From Paracoccaceae bacterium (lineage in GTDB: Bacteria; Pseudomonadota; Alphaproteobacteria; Rhodobacterales; Rhodobacteraceae), in the NCBI GenBank assembly GCA_024644285.1, contig JAHELH010000001.1, forward strand, positions 10,414 through 66,103: a stretch of DNA of 55,690 nucleotides, in the 5' to 3' direction. Under the pieces are notes generated by a model. It saw only the letters and a list, made by a program, of their open reading frames with translations. It was not told the DNA's origin and made no database searches. Within the stretch, counting starts at the first letter, position 1, and the number at the start of each line of letters is the position of its first letter. This document shows, piece by piece, positions 47,685 through 55,690 of this stretch. The position numbers and the translations under genes are program-made.

Positions 47685-50027
47685 ATGGCATCGAGGCGAA
47701 CAATGCAGGCAGACCGTGCGGGGGCAGTCACTCTGCTGCGGGTGCTTTCGCTCTTTTTCTTCGTCGCAGCAGCCGGGTACACCGCCTCGGCGCCGCAGGC
47801 ACAGGCCCAGGTCTACCGTTTCACGACGATCCAGATCGAGGGCAACACACGGATCGAACCCGGCACCATCCTCAGCTATGTGGGCATCGCCCGGAACGAA
47901 ACGATCACCGCGGGCCAGTTGAACGACGGCTACCAACGCCTGCTGAACTCGGGCCTGTTCGAGACCGTGAATTTCGACCCGCGCGGCGCGACCCTTGTGA
48001 TCGAGGTTCAGGAATATCCCACGATCAACGTGATCAGCATCGAGGGCAACCGCAGGCTCAAGGACGAGGATCTGGAAACGGTCATCCAGTCCCAGTCGCG
48101 GCGGGTCTATTCGCCGACGCTGGCCGAACAGGACGCGGCCGCCATCACACAGGCCTACGAACAGGCAGGGCAGCTGGGCGCGGCGGTCGACCCGGTGATC
48201 ATCCGGCGCTCCAACAACCGCGTCGACCTGGTCTTCGAAGTCAAGGAAAGCCGCGTGGTCGAGGTCGAGCGGATAAGCTTCGTCGGCAACCGTGCCTATA
48301 GCGACCGCCGCCTGCGCCGGGTGCTGGAAAGCAAGCAGGCGGGCCTCTTCCGCCAGATCATCCAGCGCGACACCTTCGTCGAGGATCGCCTGGAATTCGA
48401 CAAGCAGGTGCTGCGCGACTTCTACCTGTCGCGCGGCTATCCGGATTTCGAGATCCTGTCGGTCTCGTCGGAATTCTCCCGCGAGCGCAACGCCTTTTTC
48501 GTTGTCTTCAATGTCCGCGAGGGCCAGCAATACCGCCTGGGCGACATCACCGTCGTCTCCGACCTGCCCGAAATCGATGTCGACGAGTTCCAGGATGTAG
48601 TCCGCATCCGCGGGGGCCAGATCTGGTCGCCGAACGCGGTCGATTCCACCATCGCGCGGCTCGAGCGGCTGGCGATCCAGAAGGACCTCAGCTTCATCCG
48701 GGTCGAGCCGCGGATCACCCGCAATGACCGCAACCTGACGCTGGATATCGAATTCGCCGTCGTCCGCGGCGACCGCATCTTTGTCGAGCGCATCGACATC
48801 GAGGGCAACGCCACCACGCTGGACCGTGTCATTCGGCGCCAGTTCCGAACCGTCGAGGGCGACCCGTTCAACCCCCGCGAAATCCGCGAAGCCGCCGAGC
48901 GCATCCGCGCGCTCGGGTTCTTCTCCAAGGCCGATGTGACCGCGCGCGAGGGCAGCAGCGCCGATCAGGTTATCGTCGACGTCGATGTCGAGGAACAGCC
49001 CACCGGCTCGCTCGGATTCGGCGCCACCTACAGCGCCTCTACCGGGGTCGGTTTCACGATCAGCTTCGCCGAGCGCAACTTCCTCGGCCGCGGCCAGTCG
49101 CTGTCTTTCGAACTGGCCACCGCCACCGATAGCGGAACCTACGGTTTGAGCTTCGCGGAACCCGCCTTCCTGGGCCGCGATCTGCGCTTCGGGATTTCCG
49201 CCTCGTACTCCGAAACCAACACGGTCTCGAACACCTTCTACAACACCCGCTCCGGACTGTTCTCGCCGTCGCTGGAATTCCCGGTCAGCGAATACGGACG
49301 GCTCGGGGTCAAGTATTTCCTCACCGGAGCCGAGATCACCGACGTCCCCGCCACCTCATCGACAATCCTGGCGACCGAAGCCGCCCGCGGGTTGGAGGTC
49401 GCCAGCGGCGTCGGCTACACCTACACCTACAGCACGCTGGATAGCGGGCTGAACCCCGATGCCGGGGTGCTGCTGCGCTTTGGCCAGGACTTCGCCGGGA
49501 TCGGCGGCGATCTGGAATACATCCGTACCACCGCGCTGGCCGTCGCCGAGACCAAGGCCTGGAACAACGACTTGACGCTCCGCGCCGTCTTCGAAGGCGG
49601 CGTTCATGCTTCGCTGGGCGGAGGGGTCAGCAAGATCACCGAGCGCTTCACGCTGAACAACAGGATGCGCGGCTTCGACATCTTTGGCGCCGGGCCACGC
49701 GATCTGACCGCTGGGAACACGGACGCACTTGGCGGCAACTACTTCGCCGTTGCCAAGTTCGAGGCCGAGTTCCCGCTGGGACTGCCAGAGGAATACGGCG
49801 TCACTGGCGGCGTCTTCCTCGACGTCGGCTCGGTCTGGGGGCTGGACAACACGATGGGCTCCGGCGGCCCGGTCGATGACAGCCTGCACCTTCGCTCGGC
49901 TGTAGGCGTCTCGATCTTCTGGGATACTCCGATCGGCCCGCTGCGCTTCAACTTCTCCAAGGCGATCCAAAAGCAGCCCTACGATATCGAGCGGTCGTTC
50001 GATCTGACGATCTCGACCAGGTTCTGA
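47685..50027 (+). CDS. bamA: Outer membrane protein assembly factor BamA
   Basis: Signal peptide, five POTRA-like repeats (IQIEGNTRI, ISIEGNRRL, ISFVGNRAYS, IDIEGNATT) and a C-terminal beta-barrel ending in F. Confidence 0.95.
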   Translation: MASRRTMQADRAGAVTLLRVLSLFFFVAAAGYTASAPQAQAQVYRFTTIQIEGNTRIEPGTILSYVGIARNETITAGQLNDGYQRLLNSGLFETVNFDPRGATLVIEVQEYPTINVISIEGNRRLKDEDLETVIQSQSRRVYSPTLAEQDAAAITQAYEQAGQLGAAVDPVIIRRSNNRVDLVFEVKESRVVEVERISFVGNRAYSDRRLRRVLESKQAGLFRQIIQRDTFVEDRLEFDKQVLRDFYLSRGYPDFEILSVSSEFSRERNAFFVVFNVREGQQYRLGDITVVSDLPEIDVDEFQDVVRIRGGQIWSPNAVDSTIARLERLAIQKDLSFIRVEPRITRNDRNLTLDIEFAVVRGDRIFVERIDIEGNATTLDRVIRRQFRTVEGDPFNPREIREAAERIRALGFFSKADVTAREGSSADQVIVDVDVEEQPTGSLGFGATYSASTGVGFTISFAERNFLGRGQSLSFELATATDSGTYGLSFAEPAFLGRDLRFGISASYSETNTVSNTFYNTRSGLFSPSLEFPVSEYGRLGVKYFLTGAEITDVPATSSTILATEAARGLEVASGVGYTYTYSTLDSGLNPDAGVLLRFGQDFAGIGGDLEYIRTTALAVAETKAWNNDLTLRAVFEGGVHASLGGGVSKITERFTLNNRMRGFDIFGAGPRDLTAGNTDALGGNYFAVAKFEAEFPLGLPEEYGVTGGVFLDVGSVWGLDNTMGSGGPVDDSLHLRSAVGVSIFWDTPIGPLRFNFSKAIQKQPYDIERSFDLTISTRF

Positions 50028-50030
50028 GCC

Positions 50031-50672
50031 ATGCGACCGGCCCGCCGCATCCGGCTGGCCACGCTGGGCCTCGCTGCCGTTCTGTCCGCCGGGCAGGCGT
50101 CGGGGCAGGAGGCCCTGCAATTCCCGTCGCCGATTCTGACGCTGGACCAGGAGGCGCTGTATAACGGCAGCCTCGCGGCAGAGCGCATTTCCGAAGAGAT
50201 CGAGCGGCGCGGCGACGAACTGGCCGCCGAGAACCGGGAAATCGAGGCGCGCCTGGTGGCCGAGGAGCTTGAACTGACCGAAAAGCGGCCGACCATGGAC
50301 CCCGAGGCATTCGGCCAGCTTGCCGACGCCTTCGACGAAAAGGTGCAGAGGCTGCGCGCCGAACAGGACGCCAAGACCCGCGAATTGCAGCGCCTGCGTG
50401 ATCGCGAGCGGCAGACCTTCCTTCGCCGTATCAGTCCGATCCTGGGCGAGATCGTGCGCGAGCGCGGAGCGGTCGTGGTGCTCGACCGCCGTTCGGTCTT
50501 TCTTTCGGCCGAAAGCATCGACATCACACAAGAGGCCATCGACCGGATAAACGCCGCCTTCGAAGAGGACGAGGCACTGCCCGGCCCGGACGCGCCCGAG
50601 CCCGAACCCCCCGCGCCGGTGCCGACCGCACCTGGCGATCCCGGCCAGCCGCCATCGCCCGCCGATCCCTGA
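50031..50672 (+). CDS. OmpH/Skp family periplasmic chaperone
   Basis: Signal peptide, a coiled-coil Glu/Arg/Leu-rich body and a Pro-rich tail. It occupies the canonical position after bamA. Confidence 0.85.
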   Translation: MRPARRIRLATLGLAAVLSAGQASGQEALQFPSPILTLDQEALYNGSLAAERISEEIERRGDELAAENREIEARLVAEELELTEKRPTMDPEAFGQLADAFDEKVQRLRAEQDAKTRELQRLRDRERQTFLRRISPILGEIVRERGAVVVLDRRSVFLSAESIDITQEAIDRINAAFEEDEALPGPDAPEPEPPAPVPTAPGDPGQPPSPADP

Positions 50673-50738
50673 GCCATTGTCTCGCCGCAGGGGGCTTGCT
50701 AGGACGAACCTGCCGCCGACAGGGACGAGGGATTATCC

Positions 50739-51197
50739 ATGACTGACGCGCTCAAGACCGCTGATATCCACCTGATCCAGCGGATCATCCCGCATCGGTA
50801 TCCATTCCTGCTGGTGGACCGGGTGGTCGACATCGACGGCGCCAAGACCGCCACCGGTATCAAGAACGTCACCTTCAACGAACCGCACTTCCAGGGCCAT
50901 TTCCCCGGAGCGCCGATCATGCCCGGCGTCACCATCATCGAGGCGATGGCGCAGACGGCGGCCGTCATGGTCGGCGTGGCGCAGGACATGGCGGACCAGA
51001 ATTTCCTGATCTATTTCATGGCCATCGACGGATGCAAATTCCGGCGCAAGGTGGTCCCCGGAGACGTGCTGAAGCTGCATGTCGAGACCAGGCGCGGCGG
51101 CGGCAAGATCTGGAAATTCGTCGGCCGCGCCGAGGTCGAGGGCGATCTGGCCGCCGAGGCGGAGTTTACCGCCATGATCGATTTCAACGCCGGCTGA
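50739..51197 (+). CDS. fabZ: 3-hydroxyacyl-ACP dehydratase FabZ
   Basis: [32 protein letters not shown] hot-dog motifs. Confidence 0.95.
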   Translation: MTDALKTADIHLIQRIIPHRYPFLLVDRVVDIDGAKTATGIKNVTFNEPHFQGHFPGAPIMPGVTIIEAMAQTAAVMVGVAQDMADQNFLIYFMAIDGCKFRRKVVPGDVLKLHVETRRGGGKIWKFVGRAEVEGDLAAEAEFTAMIDFNAG

Positions 51198-51203
51198 CGC
51201 TGC

Positions 51204-52001
51204 ATGGCCGTCCACGCCTCTGCGCAGGTCCATGCCAGCGCCGTCGTCGAGGACGGCGCCGAGATCGGCGCGGGCGTGCGGATCGGTCCGTTCGCCTGTA
51301 TCGGCTCTAAGGTGCGGCTCGACAAGGGCGTCGAGGTCAAGAGCCACGCGGTCGTCGCCGGCGACACCGAAATCGGCGAGGGCACGGTCATCTTCCCCTA
51401 TGCCTGCATCGGAGAGATCCCGCAGGATCTGAAATATGCCGGCGAGGACACACGGCTGATCGTCGGCGCGCGCAACCGTATCCGAGAGGGCGTGACGATG
51501 AACACCGGCACCGAGGGCGGTGGCGGCGTGACGCAAGTCGGCGACGACAACCTGTTCATGACCGGTGCGCATGTCGGCCACGACGTGACGCTGGGCAACC
51601 GCGTGGTGGTGGCCAACCAGGTGGCCTTTGCCGGGCATTGCGTGATCAGCGACGACGTGATCATCGGCGGCCTGTCGGGCATTCATCAATGGGTGCGCAT
51701 CGGCCGCGGCGCGATCGTCGGCGCGGTGACGATGGTCACCCACGACGTGATCCCCTACGGGCTGGTCCAGGGTCCGCGCGGCGTGCTGGACGGCCTGAAC
51801 CTCGTCGGGCTGAAGCGCAAGGGCGTGGCCCGCGGCGAGATCTCGGCGCTGCGCGCCGCCTATCGTTCGCTGGCCGAGGGCGAGGGCGCTTTCCAGGACC
51901 GCGCCCGCAGGCTCGCCGCCGAGACCGACAGCGCCTACGTGCGCGAGGTCACCGATTTCGTGCTGGCGGGCAGCGACCGGTCCTACCTGACACCGCGCTG
52001 A
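51204..52001 (+). CDS. lpxA: Acyl-ACP--UDP-GlcNAc O-acyltransferase LpxA
   Basis: Hexapeptide repeats, then the GAHVGHD and NLVGLKRKG C-terminal domain. Confidence 0.95.
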   Translation: MAVHASAQVHASAVVEDGAEIGAGVRIGPFACIGSKVRLDKGVEVKSHAVVAGDTEIGEGTVIFPYACIGEIPQDLKYAGEDTRLIVGARNRIREGVTMNTGTEGGGGVTQVGDDNLFMTGAHVGHDVTLGNRVVVANQVAFAGHCVISDDVIIGGLSGIHQWVRIGRGAIVGAVTMVTHDVIPYGLVQGPRGVLDGLNLVGLKRKGVARGEISALRAAYRSLAEGEGAFQDRARRLAAETDSAYVREVTDFVLAGSDRSYLTPR

Positions 52002-52807
52002 TGACGGACCTGGCCATCCTCGCGGGGCAGGGGGCGCTGCCGCGGATGATCGCCGCGCAGCATCCCGGCGCCCTGTTCGTGACCTTCGCGGGCGTGCCGG
52101 TCGCGGCGCCCGCCAATCCAACGCTGCAGGCCTCATTCGAACGCTTCGGCCAGCTCTTCGCCGATCTCAAGTCGCGCGGCATCGCCCGCGTCGTCTTCGC
52201 CGGCGGCCTGTCCCGCCCGGCGCTCGACCCGGCACGGTTCGACGCCAAGATGCAGGCGCTCTTTCCCGGCTTCATGACCGCCATGGCCGGCGGCGACGAC
52301 GGCCTTCTGCGTGCCGTGATCGCCGCCTTCGAGGCCGAGGGCTTCGCCGTCGCCGGCGCGCACGACCTGGTGCCCGACCTCACCGCCCCGCCCGGCCTTC
52401 TGGCCGGCCCGGCGCCCGGCGCCCAGGACCTCGCCGACGCCGCCCGCGCCCGCGCCATCCTCACAGCGCTCGGCCCGCACGACGTGGGCCAGGGCGCGGT
52501 GGTCGCCGGCGGCCAGTGTCTCGGGATCGAAACCGCGCAGGGCACCGACGCCATGCTCGCCTTCGTCGCGCAGCATCCCGACACCCAGCGCCACGGCGCC
52601 CGCGGCGTCCTGCTGAAGGCCCCGAAACCCGGTCAGGACCTGCGCATCGACATGCCCGCCATCGGCCCCGACACCGTCACCGGCGCCCGCGCCGCAGGCC
52701 TCGCCGGCATCGCCATCGAGGCCGGCCACGTCCTGCTGCTCGACCGCCCGTCGCTGCTCGACACCGCCGAAGAGGCCGGGCTGTTCGTCCTGGCGCAGAA
52801 CCCGTGA
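52001..52807 (+). CDS. lpxI: UDP-2,3-diacylglucosamine diphosphatase LpxI (DUF1009)
   Basis: LAILAGQGALP N-terminus, and DVGQGAVV, IETAQGTDAML and DMPAIGPDT motifs. It lies between lpxA and lpxB, and its ATG shares one base with the lpxA stop. Confidence 0.85.
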   Translation: MTDLAILAGQGALPRMIAAQHPGALFVTFAGVPVAAPANPTLQASFERFGQLFADLKSRGIARVVFAGGLSRPALDPARFDAKMQALFPGFMTAMAGGDDGLLRAVIAAFEAEGFAVAGAHDLVPDLTAPPGLLAGPAPGAQDLADAARARAILTALGPHDVGQGAVVAGGQCLGIETAQGTDAMLAFVAQHPDTQRHGARGVLLKAPKPGQDLRIDMPAIGPDTVTGARAAGLAGIAIEAGHVLLLDRPSLLDTAEEAGLFVLAQNP

Positions 52808-53997
52808 CGCGCCTCTTCCTGCTGGCGGGCGAGGCCTCGGGCGACCGGCTGGGCGGCGCCCTGATGGCCGGGCTGAAACAGCTCCGCCCCGGCACCGAAT
52901 TCGACGGCATCGGCGGGCCGATGATGCAGGCCGAGGGCCTGACCAGCCGCTTCCCGATGGACGAGCTCAGCGTCTTCGGCATCGCCGAGGTGCTGCCGAA
53001 ATACCGCGCGCTCAAACGCCGCATCGCCGAGACCGCCGCCGCCGTTCTCGACACCAGACCCGACGCGCTGATCACCATCGACAGTCCCGATTTCAGCCTG
53101 CGGGTCGCAAGACGCGTCAAACAGCAATCCGAAATCCGCACCGTGCACTACGTCGCCCCCTCGGTCTGGGCCTGGCGCGCCGGCCGCGCCGCCAAGATGG
53201 CGCGCCACATCGACCAGGTGCTGGCGCTCTTGCCGTTCGAGCCGCCGCTGATGCAGGCCGCCGGCATGCGCTGCGATTTCGTGGGCCACCCGGTGGTGGC
53301 CGAACCGGTGCCCAGCGACGGCGACATCCGCGCCTTCCGCGCGGCCCACGGCCTCGGACAGGCGCCGGTCCTCCTGGTCCTGCCCGGATCGCGGCCCGGC
53401 GAGGTCGGCCGCCTGATGCCGGTCTTCCGCGAAACCGTCGTCCGCGTGCTTGCACGCCACCCCGACCTGCGCGTCGTCATCCCTGCCGCCGCTCAGGTCG
53501 CCGATGCGGTCACCGGGTCCGCGGCCAACTGGCCTGGCGCGCCGGTGGTGCTCGATCCCCGGCCGCTGTCCGAGGACGTCGCCCAGTCGCGCAAGCGCGC
53601 CGCCTTCGCCGCCGCCGGCACGGCGCTCGCGGCTTCGGGCACCGTCAGCCTCGAGCTTGCCGCCGCCGACACGCCGATGGTCATCGCCTACGACATGAAC
53701 TGGCTCAGCTGGCAGATCATGAGCCGGATGCTGAAATCCGACACCGTGACGCTGGTCAACCTGGTCTCCGGCACCCGCACGATCCCCGAATTCCTCGGCC
53801 CCGCCTGCCGCCCGCCGACCATCGCGGATGCGCTCGACAGTCTGATCGGCGACGCCGAATGGCGCGAGGCGCAGCGCATGGCGATGGCGCAGACGATGAC
53901 CGCGCTCGGCCGCGGGCAAGAGCCTCCGGGCCAGCGCGCCGCCCGCGCCGTGCTGGACGGGCTCAAGATCGCGCCGCGCGCTGCCCCCCGGACGTAG
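52804..53997 (+). CDS. lpxB: Lipid-A-disaccharide synthase LpxB
   Basis: LLAGEASGD N-terminus, and IDSPDFSLRVA, HYVAPSVWAWR, LPGSR and SGTVSLELA motifs. The GTG start overlaps the lpxI stop. Confidence 0.93.
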   Translation: MTRLFLLAGEASGDRLGGALMAGLKQLRPGTEFDGIGGPMMQAEGLTSRFPMDELSVFGIAEVLPKYRALKRRIAETAAAVLDTRPDALITIDSPDFSLRVARRVKQQSEIRTVHYVAPSVWAWRAGRAAKMARHIDQVLALLPFEPPLMQAAGMRCDFVGHPVVAEPVPSDGDIRAFRAAHGLGQAPVLLVLPGSRPGEVGRLMPVFRETVVRVLARHPDLRVVIPAAAQVADAVTGSAANWPGAPVVLDPRPLSEDVAQSRKRAAFAAAGTALAASGTVSLELAAADTPMVIAYDMNWLSWQIMSRMLKSDTVTLVNLVSGTRTIPEFLGPACRPPTIADALDSLIGDAEWREAQRMAMAQTMTALGRGQEPPGQRAARAVLDGLKIAPRAAPRT

Positions 53998-54065
53998 CCC
54001 GCTCCCTTCATCTGGTCATAAATACCTCCGCCGGAGGCGCCGCGGCCTCACGCCGTGAGGCCGCC

Positions 54066-54092
54066 AAAAAAAAGCGTCCCGGCACAGCCGGG
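54066..54092 (-). terminator. Rho-independent terminator for the 54102-54503 gene
   Basis: Minus strand CCCGGC-UGU-GCCGGG, then ACGC, then eight U. A separate 10-bp hairpin at 54042-54064 lies just beyond it. Confidence 0.45.
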
Positions 54093-54101
54093 TCCTCTGG
54101 A

Positions 54102-54503
54102 TCACCCCCGCTTCAGTCCCGCCTGCAACAGCGACACCATCTGCCCGGTCGGCGGCTCGGCCGACTTGTCGAATCCGATGGCGTCCGGCGACAGCATCAC
54201 GGTGACATCGCCCAGCGACACCCCCTGCAGCAAGGATGCATCGGGCGAGGCCGCCAGCAGCCGGAACGCCTGCGCCCGCGCCTGGTAAAACCCCGCCAGC
54301 CGCTGCAGGTACCGGTAGCGATTGACCACGATCTGCACCAGGTAGATCAGCAGCCCGATCACCGCCAGCCGAGTGGCGATCTGCGCCAGCTGCCGGGCCG
54401 GTTCGGCCTGCCGCAGTGCCTGTGTCCGTTGGTCGGATATCTCATCAGAATCGGCCTTGTTCTTTTGCTGCCATGCCAAAGTCTGCACCGCCGCGTTGCA
54501 CAC
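54102..54503 (-). CDS. Hypothetical single-TM protein
   Basis: Very high GC3 in this frame. Charged N-region, TM helix LAQIATRLAVIGLLIYLVQIVV and a roughly 70-aa C-domain. GTG start candidates at 54503 or 54488. A terminator lies 10 nt downstream. Confidence 0.55.
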   Translation of the reverse strand: MCNAAVQTLAWQQKNKADSDEISDQRTQALRQAEPARQLAQIATRLAVIGLLIYLVQIVVNRYRYLQRLAGFYQARAQAFRLLAASPDASLLQGVSLGDVTVMLSPDAIGFDKSAEPPTGQMVSLLQAGLKRG

Positions 54504-54895
54504 CGTTGCGCACCGTAGTCATAGCGCTAGGCCGCTGCTCCCAGCCGTTCACTGCCGCGCGCGCACGGTTTAGCGGCTCAAAAGGCGCGGGAATATCCTC
54601 GCGCACAGCAACCCCGTTTTTCAGCGGAACGGCGACGATTGCGTCGTCCGGCAGCCGCGCATTCGCTATGGCCCGGACGCCGAAATCGGACCGCGCAGCC
54701 TTGTCCAGCGATTGCATCAGGTAGCATTCGCCACCATGCAAGACCTTGCCCGAGAGGCGATCTCGAGGCCCGCGGTAACTGCGCCCGCTTTGAGCTTGAA
54801 TGGCCCTCGCACCACTCGGCGATCCGACTGACATCTTCCCGTGCCACGTCGGTCAGCGGGGCAGGTGGGTCGGTAACGGGCGGGGTTTCGGACAT
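54445..54895 (-). other. Coding-like signal split over two further frames (frameshifted gene or overlapping small ORFs)
   Basis: The frame starting at ATG 54895 looks coding for about 30 codons. A second frame looks coding from about 54720 to 54505 and stops at 54445. Neither has a convincing SD. Confidence 0.3.
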
Positions 54896-55073
54896 CGGAG
54901 CGAAATGGGCTGTGTGGAACGATTGGCTGCAAAACGGACTTGGGCAGCTTCACCTTAGCACACCCCGCCCAGTCCGTCAGCCGAAGGCCAAACGCACTCC
55001 CCGAACGGGATTCATGTTAGCGGTAACACCTTTTCCGCCAACATCTTGACCCCCCGTCCCCATGAGGACACCT

Positions 55074-55690
55074 TCACTTTCCGCGCCAGATCCACCCGCC
55101 GCCGAACACCCGGGAACCCTCGGGGTCATAGAAAACGCAGGCCTGACCCGGCGACACCCCTTCTTCGGGGACCACCAGTTCCACCTCCGCCTCGGTGGCC
55201 GAGACCGGCCGGACCACCGCGTCGCGCGGCGGCCTTGTCGAGCGGACCTTCACAGCCAGCGGCCATTCCGCCCGGCTGTCAAAGGCCGCGTCACCCAGCC
55301 AGTTTATCTCGCGCACCGGCACCCGGCGCGTGGCCAGCATCTCCTTCGGCCCGACGATCACCCGCCGGCCCTCGACATCCAGCCGCACCACGTAGAGCGG
55401 CTCGTCCAGCCCGCCGATCCCCAAGCCCCGGCGCTGGCCGACGGTGTAGTGGATCACCCCGCGATGCGCGCCCAGCACCCGGCCGTCGACATGCACGATC
55501 TCGCCCGGATCGGCCGCGCCGGGCCGCAGCTTCTCGATCACCGCGGCATAGTCGCCGTTCGGCACGAAACAGATGTCCTGGCTGTCCGGCTTGTCGGCCA
55601 CGTCCAGCCTGTGCCGCGCCGCCAGCGCCCGGGTCTCGGCCTTCGAGGTCAGATGGCCCAGCGGGAAGCGCAGGAAGGCAAGCTGCTGGG
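55074..55690 (-). CDS. mnmA: tRNA 2-thiouridine(34) synthase MnmA, C-terminal part (gene continues past window end)
   Basis: [23 protein letters not shown] and GQACVFYD motifs. The frame is open to the window edge. Confidence 0.9.
   Translation of the reverse strand, partial: QQLAFLRFPLGHLTSKAETRALAARHRLDVADKPDSQDICFVPNGDYAAVIEKLRPGAADPGEIVHVDGRVLGAHRGVIHYTVGQRRGLGIGGLDEPLYVVRLDVEGRRVIVGPKEMLATRRVPVREINWLGDAAFDSRAEWPLAVKVRSTRPPRDAVVRPVSATEAEVELVVPEEGVSPGQACVFYDPEGSRVFGGGWIWRGK

Noticed and set aside
54042-54073. Strong 10-bp hairpin followed by eight A as the lpxB terminator.
   Set aside because: On the plus strand the hairpin is followed by A, not U. On the minus strand the U run precedes this hairpin. 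The U run instead pairs functionally with the smaller hairpin at 54078-54092 for the minus-strand gene. The hairpin may still pause or stabilise the lpxB transcript, but it is not a canonical intrinsic terminator.
1-55690. Search for CRISPR arrays, rRNA/tRNA genes, IS elements and long direct or inverted repeats.
   Set aside because: I saw no spacer-repeat periodicity, no tRNA-like cloverleaf regions in the intergenic spacers, no transposase-like ORFs and no terminal inverted repeats. This was visual inspection only and is not exhaustive.

Overview
This is a high-GC (roughly two-thirds G+C) alphaproteobacterial chromosomal segment. Gene content and order, including lpxI between lpxA and lpxB, suggest Rhodobacterales (Paracoccus/Rhodobacter-like), but that is my guess. 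Most of the window is core housekeeping. The main blocks are: a bactofilin plus M23 peptidase pair; bcp plus a DUF455 gene; an AsmA/YhdP-like giant envelope protein; queA; lpdA; a MepK-like/LdtD-like peptidoglycan pair; an lpxD-ACP-KAS cassette; ialB; a HerA-like ATPase; xerD; aroK-aroB; ssb; an AraC-linked peptide-type ABC transporter; miaA; and the conserved pyrH-frr-uppS-cdsA-dxr-rseP-bamA-skp-fabZ-lpxA-lpxI-lpxB cluster. The window ends inside mnmA. I found no rRNA or tRNA genes, CRISPR arrays, transposases, prophage blocks or recognisable defence islands. Many long ORFs in the track are GC-driven antisense or overlapping artefacts, or N-terminal over-extensions; I trimmed starts where a conserved N-terminus, a Shine-Dalgarno (SD) sequence or an overlap with the upstream stop supported it. 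The observations most worth follow-up are listed here. (1) lpxD is missing from its usual skp-fabZ slot and sits in a tight operon with a private NodF-like ACP and NodE-like ketoacyl synthase. (2) A lower-GC orphan locus at 54.0-55.07 kb has coding signal that passes through three reading frames. (3) There are unannotated small ORFs with good SD and codon signatures: between rseP and bamA, upstream of the xerD operon, and leading a stress operon. (4) A promoter-plus-terminator-bounded sRNA candidate lies in the ialB/herA-like intergenic region. (5) A DUF3618/holin-X/LEA-like operon carries clear 11-residue repeats. All functional calls come from reading motifs by eye, not from database searches.
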